This document shows, piece by piece, positions 53,764 to 64,000 of a stretch of 64,000 bases of DNA. The notes under the pieces were generated by a model. That model was not told where the DNA came from. It did not search any database and saw only the letters and a list, made by a program, of their open reading frames with translations. The stretch's first letter is position 1; each line of letters starts with the position of its first letter. The position numbers and the translations under genes were made by a program. This stretch comes from an uncultured Methanosarcinaceae archaeon (GTDB lineage Archaea > Halobacteriota > Methanosarcinia > Methanosarcinales > Methanosarcinaceae): NCBI GenBank assembly GCA_963847185.1, contig CAWJYV010000007.1, positions 832,001 to 896,000 on the forward strand, given 5' to 3'.

Positions 53764-55956
53764 ATGGGAAGAAGGAAGAAGATGGTCGAGCGCGTAACAA
53801 CGCTCATGAACGAACCTGCAAAGATCAGGAACATCGGGATTGTTGCGCATATTGACCACGGAAAAACTACATTATCGGACAACCTGTTAGCAGGCGCCGG
53901 CATGATTTCCAAGGAACTTGCCGGAAGACAGTTATTCATGGACTCCGACGAAGAGGAACAAGCAAGAGGTATTACTATTGATGCCTCTAACGTTTCCATG
54001 GTTCACACTTATAATAATGAAGACTATCTGATTAACCTGATAGACACTCCTGGACACGTTGACTTCGGTGGGGACGTCACCCGTGCCATGAGAGCCGTAG
54101 ACGGTGCTGTTGTTGTCGTAGACGCTGTAGAAGGTACCATGCCCCAGACCGAGACTGTTCTGAGGCAGGCTCTTAGAGAACATGTCAGACCTGTGCTTTT
54201 CGTTAACAAAGTAGACAGGCTGATCAATGAGCTTCAGGTTGATTCCCAGGAAATGCAGGTCCGTCTTGGAAAGGTCATCGACCACGTGAACAAGCTCATC
54301 AAAAACATGAACCCTGAGAAGTTCAAAGCTGGCTGGAAAGTAGATGCATCAGCCGGAACTGTAGCTTTTGGGTCAGCCCTTTACAACTGGGCAATCAGCG
54401 TACCTATGATGCAGAAGACAGGGATTTCATTTAAGGAAGTCTATGACTACTGCAAAGCCGAAGACATGAAGGCTCTGGCAGATAAATGTCCCCTGCATGC
54501 AACTGTTCTTGATATGGTAATCAGGTATCTGCCTAATCCTCTTGATGCCCAGAAGGGAAGGGTACCTGCTATCTGGCACGGAGATGCTAACACTGAAATC
54601 GGCAGATCCATGGCCAGTGCAAATGCAGCCGGTGACCTTGCTTTCATGGTAACGGACATTTCCGTAGATCCTCATGCAGGAGAAGTCGCAACCGGAAGGT
54701 TATTCAGCGGATCTCTTACCCGTGGAATGGAAGTTTACACATCCGGGACTGCAAAAAAGAGCAGAGTCCAGCAGGTAGGTATCTTCATGGGTCCTGAAAG
54801 GCTCGAAGTGGAGAAAATCCCTGCAGGAAACATTGCTGCAGTTACGGGTTTAAAAGATGCAATCGTAGGGTCCACAGTTACAACCCTTGATGGCATGATA
54901 CCTTTCGAAAGCATCAGGCACGTAAGCGAACCTGTGGTGACTGTGGCTGTAGAAGCCAAGCACACCAAAGATCTGCCCAAACTAATTGAGGTTCTCAGAC
55001 AGGTTGCAAAGGAAGACCCAACTCTTCAGATTACTCTGGACGAGGAAACCGGGGAACACCTGATGGCAGGTATGGGAGAACTTCACCTGGAAGTTATCGC
55101 TCACAGGATCCAGAGAGATAAAAATGTGGAAATCACCACAAGCAAGCCGATTGTAGTTTACAGGGAAACCATTAAGAAGAAGATCGAAGCTGTTGAAGGA
55201 AAGTCTCCAAACAGACACAACAGGTTCTATATCTATGTGGAGCCCCTTGACACTGAGATCGTCAGTGCTATTAAGGCAGGCGATATCAGCATGAATATAC
55301 CTGAGCTTGAGCGCAGACAGAAACTCATGGAACTCGGAATGGAAAAGGAAGAAGCAAAAGGCATTGCCGGCATCCATACTTCCAATATCTTTATAGATCT
55401 GACCAAGGGTATCCAGTATCTGAACGAGACAATGGAACTGGTGCTTGACGGGTTTGAAGAAGTTATGAGAGCAGGTCCTCTTACAAGAGAACCGGTGGCA
55501 AACATGAAATGCGTACTCGTAGATGCAAAGCTTCACGAAGACGCAATTCATAGAGGCCCGGCTCAGGTTATTCCTGCTGCAAGGCAGGCCATTCAGGCAG
55601 GCATGCTTATGGCAGAAGACAGTCTGCTCGAACCTTATCAGAAGGTCTTTGTCCAGGTGCCCCAGCTTACAATGGGTGGTGCAACAAAGGAACTTCAGGG
55701 TCGTCGTGGAATCATCCTTAACATGACTACTGAAGGAGACCTGGCAATTATCGAGGCCAGAGTGCCTGTGGCCGAAATGTTCGGATTTGCAGGGGAAATC
55801 AGGTCCGCAACCGAAGGACGTGCTATGTGGAGTACTGAATTCGGAGGATTTGATATTGTGCCATCTAGCATCCAGACTGAAATAGTAGGTCAGATCAGAG
55901 AGAGGAAAGGTCTCAAGAAAGATCTTCCCAAGGCTGCTGACTACCTTTCAATGTAA
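53764..55956 (+). CDS. fusA: elongation factor 2
   Basis: AHIDHGKTT; RGITI; DTPGHVDF; NKVD; diphthamide loop HRGPAQ. Confidence 0.98.
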   Translation: MGRRKKMVERVTTLMNEPAKIRNIGIVAHIDHGKTTLSDNLLAGAGMISKELAGRQLFMDSDEEEQARGITIDASNVSMVHTYNNEDYLINLIDTPGHVDFGGDVTRAMRAVDGAVVVVDAVEGTMPQTETVLRQALREHVRPVLFVNKVDRLINELQVDSQEMQVRLGKVIDHVNKLIKNMNPEKFKAGWKVDASAGTVAFGSALYNWAISVPMMQKTGISFKEVYDYCKAEDMKALADKCPLHATVLDMVIRYLPNPLDAQKGRVPAIWHGDANTEIGRSMASANAAGDLAFMVTDISVDPHAGEVATGRLFSGSLTRGMEVYTSGTAKKSRVQQVGIFMGPERLEVEKIPAGNIAAVTGLKDAIVGSTVTTLDGMIPFESIRHVSEPVVTVAVEAKHTKDLPKLIEVLRQVAKEDPTLQITLDEETGEHLMAGMGELHLEVIAHRIQRDKNVEITTSKPIVVYRETIKKKIEAVEGKSPNRHNRFYIYVEPLDTEIVSAIKAGDISMNIPELERRQKLMELGMEKEEAKGIAGIHTSNIFIDLTKGIQYLNETMELVLDGFEEVMRAGPLTREPVANMKCVLVDAKLHEDAIHRGPAQVIPAARQAIQAGMLMAEDSLLEPYQKVFVQVPQLTMGGATKELQGRRGIILNMTTEGDLAIIEARVPVAEMFGFAGEIRSATEGRAMWSTEFGGFDIVPSSIQTEIVGQIRERKGLKKDLPKAADYLSM

Positions 55957-56302
55957 GTGGAGTTTCTCCACTTTCCTCAATATTTTTGAGGCATCCCGTT
56001 CCCTTTGGAATAAACAAAAAGATCTCGACTGACCTGGAAGGGAGAAGAATCCCTATCGGTTCGAGGACACGGCCAATCGGAAAGCTTTAAGTTAAGGTAT
56101 GCCTATATTGGGGGAAACAGTCCAGGCATCTGGATATTTATTAGAATTCCGGTTAAGAAAAAAGGCCGGAAAGGGATCTGCAATATTGATGTATAAAATG
56201 GATCTAGAAATAATTAATCAGTATTGATAATTGCCCTAATCTTAATATAGTAAATATTTGATATACGAGTTAAACTCATCCAGAATTACAGGAGAATTAT
56301 AT

Positions 56303-57918
<1,616 letters not shown>

Positions 57919-58088
57919 ATGCAAAAAAAAGACAGGTTACAGAAACTTTCTGTAACAGGTCTTGCAAACCTTCTTTTCACTTCTTTATTCATTTCTGCGT
58001 TTCAGAATAGTTGTTCTTCTAATTTTCAATAATTCCATAGCTGTTCTTCTAATTTTCAATGTTTCCAAATAATTGTTCTTCTAACTCT

Positions 58089-59610
58089 TTAATAACGGCG
58101 CTCTACAGTATAAGAGATAATTTTCGTGCCATTTGCTGGAATTGCCACTTTGAATTCCATCTTAAAAGCAGCAGTTTTCTCGTAGGGATCTGAACTTTCC
58201 AGAACTTCCCATTCTCCAAAGAGATGTTCTACGACAGTCACTTTTTGAGCTTCAGATTTACTATTATTGATTTGGATCTCATAGCTGACCCTTTCCACTT
58301 TATCATTTATGCGCTGGTAATCTGTCTGGTTGCGTGTGACTGCAAGATCGAAAGCTGACCCTGTAGCAATTTTTAACTTTTCATCCTGTGGTGTATGCTC
58401 TATCCGATCTTCACCCAGGAACTGCAATTCTCCAGCATAATCGGTTTTGTAAACTCTTACAATGCCCGCTGGAAGAGGCTCTTCCAGGCCCTGTTTCATT
58501 TGAGTTTACAAAGTCAGGAAAATCCAGATTTTCTCCCCTCTGTCACTGTCATAGACAAGCTCCTTTTCCACAGGCACGGATTCCACAGAGAAAAGTGAAA
58601 TCTGCTTTTCCTGGTTATTTTTCAGGGTTGCCGGTCTCTCCAGGATATAGAGGTGATACTCAGAGAGAGCTTCTTCGGTAAAAGGCGATGATGATTTTGT
58701 TTCCTGAACTGCAGCTTCTTCGGCACGTTCAAAAAGAGGCTGAGGCTGGGGAGATATGCGGTTTATTTCACCGGAAACAAGTTTCAGAGATGCATTCTCA
58801 TAAGTAATCCCTGCCCTGTTCTCGATATTTACCCGGCCCCGGATATCGGCTTCAGTATCATTTTCATTGCTTATCAGGACATAGTCCGCTTTCCAGCTTA
58901 TGCCACCCGTGAGGTAGGACACCAGAAGCTCTCGTGTCCCGGCAAGAGGAGAAGAAATCTTCCAGATGAGAGCAGGTTTTACCGAGAGTCCGGAGGAATC
59001 TGCCAGTTCGATTTTTGAAATATCCCGGATTACAATGACTCTTTCTGCTCCGGTCTTAAGGACAGCACTGTTGCCGTCATAGCTCAGCAGTGTCCCGTTA
59101 TAAGTTTCGCCATCTCTTCCTGTTACGGCAATTTCCCTGCCAAAGTATTTTTCAAGCAAACTGGAATTGGTTGCAAGGTCATATTCGTAGTTCTGTTCAA
59201 GTATGGCAGTATCTCTGCTTTCCGGATCCTCCACTATAACAGAAGCAGGATTGATTCCGGAAGCAATATCAGAATACTCTACCTGATTAACCCCACTTTC
59301 CAGGTTGATTTCTCTCCTTTCCTTTACAAGTGCGAGCCCCTGTTCGTAGATAGTAACTTCAAGCCTCTTCCCGGCTGTAATCTCTCCCAGGGCCAAATTT
59401 CCCAGGATGTCTGCAGATTTTATTCTCGCACCGTTATCCTGATCTCCTGAAGTTAATCTTATCCTGACTTGAGTTAATCCTGTCCTCTTCACTTTCTGGC
59501 TCGTATTCTTGAGCCATAACTCCCATATTCTGAGGGATACTGGCTAAAAAGAGCAGTAAGATCCCGATAAATGCCAATGCAAACCAGAAGAAACGTCTCT
59601 TTACTCCCAT
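58089..59610 (-). pseudogene. DUF4139/DUF4140-type secreted protein broken by frameshifts
   Basis: Signal-peptide frame from ATG 59610 shifts near 59450 into ORF 58506-59492 (VTIY..GLALVKE; YLTGGISWKADY); after TAA 58506 it continues in ORF 58089-58499 (PLPAG.VRVY; GEDRIEHTP). Confidence 0.75.
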
Positions 59611-59870
59611 ACTGTTAATGTGATTCAGATTTATATATACGTAATTTTATTGAAATTCAGGAGAAGTTACTCAGAAAAATAATCCATTTCTCATTGCCTT
59701 CTTTAAAAAGCACTGTTTTTGTATCACTCAAAAGTTACACATAATCTGAATCAGAAAGGGAATTTATAAATGAAATTAAAAATGCAAAAATATTTATGTT
59801 GGAAAATCGACTCATAGTCGTCGATCTTCTCACAAAATAATTTCGATTAAAATCATATGTGGAGACTAAA

Positions 59871-60443
59871 ATGAAATCAAAAAACATTACTAAAGTGTTT
59901 CTCACCCTCGTATCTCTTTTTCTTGTATGCACCTCTTCAGCTTTTGCAGAAGACCAGGGGCAGCATCAGACAGGGATAGTTGATACGCTAAAAAATGATT
60001 TGAATAAGATCCAGTTCTACGGAGAAGTCCTGCTCTCGGGAATATCATATAAAATAAACCATTTTAGTGACGCTAACGCAGACGGCAATGTAACTGCTCA
60101 AGATGATCTGGATTTCTGGAATGACACACAAGCTCGATATCCAATATCTGAGAAGCCAGTTTTCATAAGCATGGATGGTGTTTGTGGACAGGTTTATAAA
60201 TACGTCCCTGAAGGAGTAACTGAAGCCACAGTCACGGACAATTCAGGAAATGCTCTGGATTCCTACACAATCACCAAAAACGAAACAGGATTTACAATTC
60301 AAAAGGGAGCTTACAGTAACCCGGATAATAGCTACGCAATAACTCTGGATAAATTAGAAGAACTCGATGAGATTTATGGTGATACCGGACAGGTTAAAGC
60401 CTGTGAAATGTACATAAAAGACCAGATCCAGACTCAGGCGTGA
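59871..60443 (+). CDS. hypothetical secreted protein
   Basis: ggag RBS; signal peptide ending SSAFA. Confidence 0.75.
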   Translation: MKSKNITKVFLTLVSLFLVCTSSAFAEDQGQHQTGIVDTLKNDLNKIQFYGEVLLSGISYKINHFSDANADGNVTAQDDLDFWNDTQARYPISEKPVFISMDGVCGQVYKYVPEGVTEATVTDNSGNALDSYTITKNETGFTIQKGAYSNPDNSYAITLDKLEELDEIYGDTGQVKACEMYIKDQIQTQA

Positions 60444-60535
60444 GATTTAATTCTAATTTCTTTTTTTCATTCCCTTTTCGTAAATTCTTTTAGTCTTAGA
60501 TCCTCAAGTTGACTTCGAACTTACAGATAGTTTAT

Positions 60536-60665
60536 GAGCTCATCCCAAAACTTAATTCGCGTCTCTGAATCTTGAATTTGGTACGACCAATCGAGTTGCT
60601 AATCATGAAAAATGTTTCTGAAGCTTTTATTGATGTGAGAATAAAATTAGTTTTGGGATGAGCTC
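60536..60665. mobile_element. 130-bp MITE
   Basis: Perfect 17-bp TIR gagctcatcccaaaact / agttttgggatgagctc; TAT on both flanks; no ORF. Confidence 0.85.
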
Positions 60666-60741
60666 TATATCTTTTTTTAATAGCTCTTGTCTATATAGGA
60701 CTTATGTGATTTTCCTAAAAAATCAAAATATCAAACGAGAC

Positions 60742-61377
60742 TTATACATTTGAGATAGCAATGGCTATAAAATATTTTTTCAACCCATTCCCGTTGGTTT
60801 CCCACTTAATTAACGTAAACCCGCACTTTTCAAGCAATTCTTGCATTTCTTTTTGGGAATAAATCCTAACATCCCCGCTCTTGCTGAACTTTATTACTAA
60901 ATTTAGAATAAACCTCAATAGGTTGTTAGGAGTAAATGGGTCTGCTATCATCAGAATTCCGTCTGGCTTCAGAACACGTTTTATTTCCTTCAAGACAAGC
61001 TCAGGACTGGGATAATGATGAAAGGAGGCGTTGCAGGTAACAATATCAAAAGACTCGTTATTCCAGGGCAAATGCTCAGAGTCTCCAACTTTTAGATCAG
61101 CTTTATCATCTAAAAGTTCCTTGCTTTTTTCTATCATTTTGAGTGATATATCAATTCCAGATACTGCTACATCGAATTTGTTCAAAACCATTGACAAAAA
61201 TGTGCCGTTTCCGCATCCAACATCCAATAATGTATTAACATTTTTGCCACCTAATTCTTTTATCAATGCACAATGCATTGGCTCAGTATATTTACCTAAT
61301 ATGTTAGAATAATCCGAAGACATTTCATTAAAATAATTTTTAGATCTCTCTTTATACTCTTGAGGATTATGCTTCAA
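60742..61377 (-). CDS. class I SAM-dependent methyltransferase
   Basis: LLDVGCGNG; GIDIS; GDSEHLP; SFHHY; RVLKPDG. Confidence 0.92.
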   Translation of the reverse strand: MKHNPQEYKERSKNYFNEMSSDYSNILGKYTEPMHCALIKELGGKNVNTLLDVGCGNGTFLSMVLNKFDVAVSGIDISLKMIEKSKELLDDKADLKVGDSEHLPWNNESFDIVTCNASFHHYPSPELVLKEIKRVLKPDGILMIADPFTPNNLLRFILNLVIKFSKSGDVRIYSQKEMQELLEKCGFTLIKWETNGNGLKKYFIAIAISNV

Positions 61378-61794
61378 GATTATACCCTCTTTAGCTGATT
61401 CTTTTTATCGAGCTTATCATAAGATCATTAAAGTCTTGGTTTCAGTATTAATTAACTTTTATTATATTCTATTTTTAGAAGTAAGAAATCTTCCGCGTGG
61501 AGTTTTGATACAATAAACGGGAGGCTCTATAATTATAAGTTGAGAAATTTCAATTCCGTCGTGGTTCCAAAAGTGGATATTAGTAGTTAGACAAATTGAA
61601 GTTACAGTATATAGATCAACCGTACCTGCGGTAGCTTTGGTTTAAAAGACTTAAAAGTAAAATATTTCGGGATAAGACACACTACAAAACTAAAAAATAG
61701 CTCACAGGCGCTATAATGTGTCTTTGACACTTATACTGCACTGTCCGAAAAAAATGTAATAAAGGATGAAGAATTAAAGGACGAAGAATTGATT

Positions 61795-62205
61795 TTACTT
61801 TAGCAGCTTCAATGCATCTCTGCAGGCTGCGACTGCAGGTGCTCCTGAGGTTATGAAAATAACATCCATTACTTCCATTATTTCCTCTTTTGTAGCACCG
61901 TTTTTGAGTGCACTCTGCATCTGCACAACAGTGCATCTTTCGCACTGTTTGGATGCAACAACTGCGAGAGCTATAAGGATTTTTGTTTTTGCGGGTAGAG
62001 CGCCGTCTGACAGTAGCTTTTTGTTACACCTGTTATACTTCTTAAGAGATTCACTGTCAAGTTCCCCAAGAATTTCAAGGATATGAGGGGTAAAACCTAG
62101 CTTGCTACTCATGCTTTCCAGTAACTCTTCATGTTCAAGGTCTTTATGTTCTTCTTTACGTCCTTCCCTACTTCCTCCACAGCATCCTTCGCTATGTTCT
62201 TCCAT
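61795..62205 (-). CDS. carboxymuconolactone decarboxylase/AhpD-family protein
   Basis: LGFTP; [14 protein letters not shown]...QCERC...A...GATKEEI.E; CxxC. Confidence 0.88.
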   Translation of the reverse strand: MEEHSEGCCGGSREGRKEEHKDLEHEELLESMSSKLGFTPHILEILGELDSESLKKYNRCNKKLLSDGALPAKTKILIALAVVASKQCERCTVVQMQSALKNGATKEEIMEVMDVIFITSGAPAVAACRDALKLLK

Positions 62206-62338
62206 GTTTGTTAACCCCCACTGTAATTCAACTGGTTGTATTAGTAACCTGCATCTCCCGAATTGTGCCTCGGAAGTACAGGTCTTTTTGTTGCGATTCA
62301 ACTAATTATATTAGATATTGTATCTATTTGCATGTTAT

Positions 62339-63184
62339 TTATCTATTCCTGAAGCTCTTGAACTCGTTCCCCAGTACTTTTTCCAGATCAAGCTTTTCTC
62401 CGCCTCTCCAGAGAAATTCAAACTCTTTACTGAGGTTTTTTGCAAATTCTGAATCCCAGATTTTTACGACCGAAAGGATGCGGTCTTTATCCTGAGGATG
62501 GGGCTGAAACAGGACTACAGCGCTGCTGTCAATAACTCCGAAGCAGGATTGAGAGTTCTGGACAAGTCTGATTTCCATGCTTTTTTTCAATTTTTCTAAG
62601 GCTTCCTCTTTCTGCATTGAAAGCACGGAAGCAAGAGATATGAAACGGGGAGAAATCATTAGCTTGATTTTAACTCCACGGTCAATAGCTTTTAAAACGT
62701 CTGGTATCAGGAGGGAAAAGACAGGCATACCGACGACTGGCGGAATTACAAATACCGAATTTTTTACTTCCCCATAGATAGAAGCAGCAAATTTTTTGAT
62801 TTCGGATTCGCTTATGGCAGTCGTCCAGAAAACCTCATCTTTTCTCTTCTGAGACTGCACAGCTTTTAGAGTCTGTTTTGCCTCTTCAACAAAGCCCTTT
62901 AAGACCTCGATCTCCCTTTCAAACTCGGCTTTCCTTTTCTCAAAAAAGAAATCCAGAGCCATTTCAGGATCAACAGCTCTGAATTTTTTGGGCCTTGAGG
63001 CTTGAATTTCTACAAAACCTTTTCCTGCCAGGGATTCAAGGACAGTATATATCTTGCCATAAGGTACATCGGCATCTTTACAAACAATATTTGCCTCGGA
63101 AACGCCGAATTTCAAGAGGGAGATGTAGGTTGCTGCCTCATAAGCATTTAGCCCTATATCCTGAAGAAGCCTTTTCTTTTGCAT
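62339..63184 (-). CDS. TrmB-family transcriptional regulator
   Basis: GLNAYEA..Y.SLL..G; VPYGKIY.VL.SL..KGFV...RP..F.A.DP. Confidence 0.9.
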   Translation of the reverse strand: MQKKRLLQDIGLNAYEAATYISLLKFGVSEANIVCKDADVPYGKIYTVLESLAGKGFVEIQASRPKKFRAVDPEMALDFFFEKRKAEFEREIEVLKGFVEEAKQTLKAVQSQKRKDEVFWTTAISESEIKKFAASIYGEVKNSVFVIPPVVGMPVFSLLIPDVLKAIDRGVKIKLMISPRFISLASVLSMQKEEALEKLKKSMEIRLVQNSQSCFGVIDSSAVVLFQPHPQDKDRILSVVKIWDSEFAKNLSKEFEFLWRGGEKLDLEKVLGNEFKSFRNR

Positions 63185-63415
63185 ACAGGGTTCAATTACC
63201 GGTATCTTAAAAACTATTTCGAAAAACTAACTTCCAAATCCAAAAAACAGACAAGAGTGTAATTTATTCACCTTTTTTATACCTCTAGATTCTATTTTTA
63301 TTTGGGATTGAAGTTACTTCTATATAGGTTACTCATTGCTTGTTATTGGAGTAAGGATTTTTCTGTTATGAAATGAATAATAATAGCATCATTTTCAGTA
63401 TTAAAGGGGGATAAG

Positions 63416-63970
63416 ATGAAACCTACGGATGATTTAAAAGAGGAACACAGGGCTGTTAAACTGATGCTCAGAATCCTTAATGGAGTATGCGTAAATATAG
63501 AATCTGGAAGAAGTGTTAAACAGGAGAACCTTGAGAAGCTTGTAGAATTTATGAGAGTTTTTGTTGATAAATGCCATCATACAAAAGAAGAAGTGTATCT
63601 TTTCCCTGAAATGGAAAAAGCAGAAATATCAGGTTCTAGAGAATTAATCGCTTCCCTTAAAAATGAGCATGAAGAGGGAAGGCGGTATGTCAACAGAATT
63701 GAAAAGGTAGTTTCGGAAAAAGAAGAATACAGAAAACTATCAGCTATGGTTGATGATTCAAGAGCTTATATTCATCTTTTGAGCCTACATATTGATAAGG
63801 AGGATAACATCCTTTTCCCGATGGCAGATGCAAATCTTTCACAAGCTGCCCAGAAAGATTTACTTGAATCTTTTGAAACTGTAGAAACTGAAATAATAGG
63901 GTCTGGAAAGCATGAAGAGTTCCATGAGTGGTTACACACCATGAAGGAGATCTACATCGAACATGAGTAA
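63416..63970 (+). CDS. hemerythrin/HHE-domain protein
   Basis: L.EEH; HHTKEE..LFP; EHEEGR; HIDKEDNILFP. Confidence 0.9.
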   Translation: MKPTDDLKEEHRAVKLMLRILNGVCVNIESGRSVKQENLEKLVEFMRVFVDKCHHTKEEVYLFPEMEKAEISGSRELIASLKNEHEEGRRYVNRIEKVVSEKEEYRKLSAMVDDSRAYIHLLSLHIDKEDNILFPMADANLSQAAQKDLLESFETVETEIIGSGKHEEFHEWLHTMKEIYIEHE

Positions 63971-64000
63971 ACACATGAGAAAAAGGCAGTAAATCCCGAG

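Noticed and set aside
63329-63354. ttactc-N14-gagtaa as a TrmB operator
   Set aside because: A 6-bp inverted repeat in AT-rich DNA is too weak to call without comparative data.

Overview
Archaeal chromosome segment, very likely Methanosarcina (split rpoB''/B'/A'/A'' operon, archaeal PoK/PPS CoA pathway, YVTN/PKD/PGF surface proteins, MEDS-PAS kinases). Layout: surface-protein genes (1-5.3 kb); a type I restriction-modification island (hsdR ... hsdS-hsdM, 5.8-19.4 kb) with cargo; housekeeping genes (rlmE, Vms1-like, coaBC-PoK-PPS, dadD, ahcY); two tandem sensor kinases; tRNA-Lys and the RNA polymerase/str cluster (43.6-57.9 kb); and a small accessory end (DUF4139 pseudogene, MITE, TrmB/CMD/hemerythrin). 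The most striking unexplained signal is in the RM island: two paralogous non-coding arrays (10303-10869, eight ~67-bp units; 18669-18932, three units). Each unit folds into a hairpin with compensatory and G-U-preserving substitutions on the + strand. Each array sits inside a terminal inverted repeat, ~25 nt behind a conserved TATA-like motif, and is followed by a conserved T-rich tail, which suggests a multi-hairpin ncRNA. The island also holds a Panacea-like/UPF0175 + PIN + putative TIM-barrel operon interrupted by a 5'-truncated IS701-like fragment, a triplicated leader, 12-bp repeat scars and a decayed hsdM copy. All family calls come from motif recognition by eye; no searches were run.
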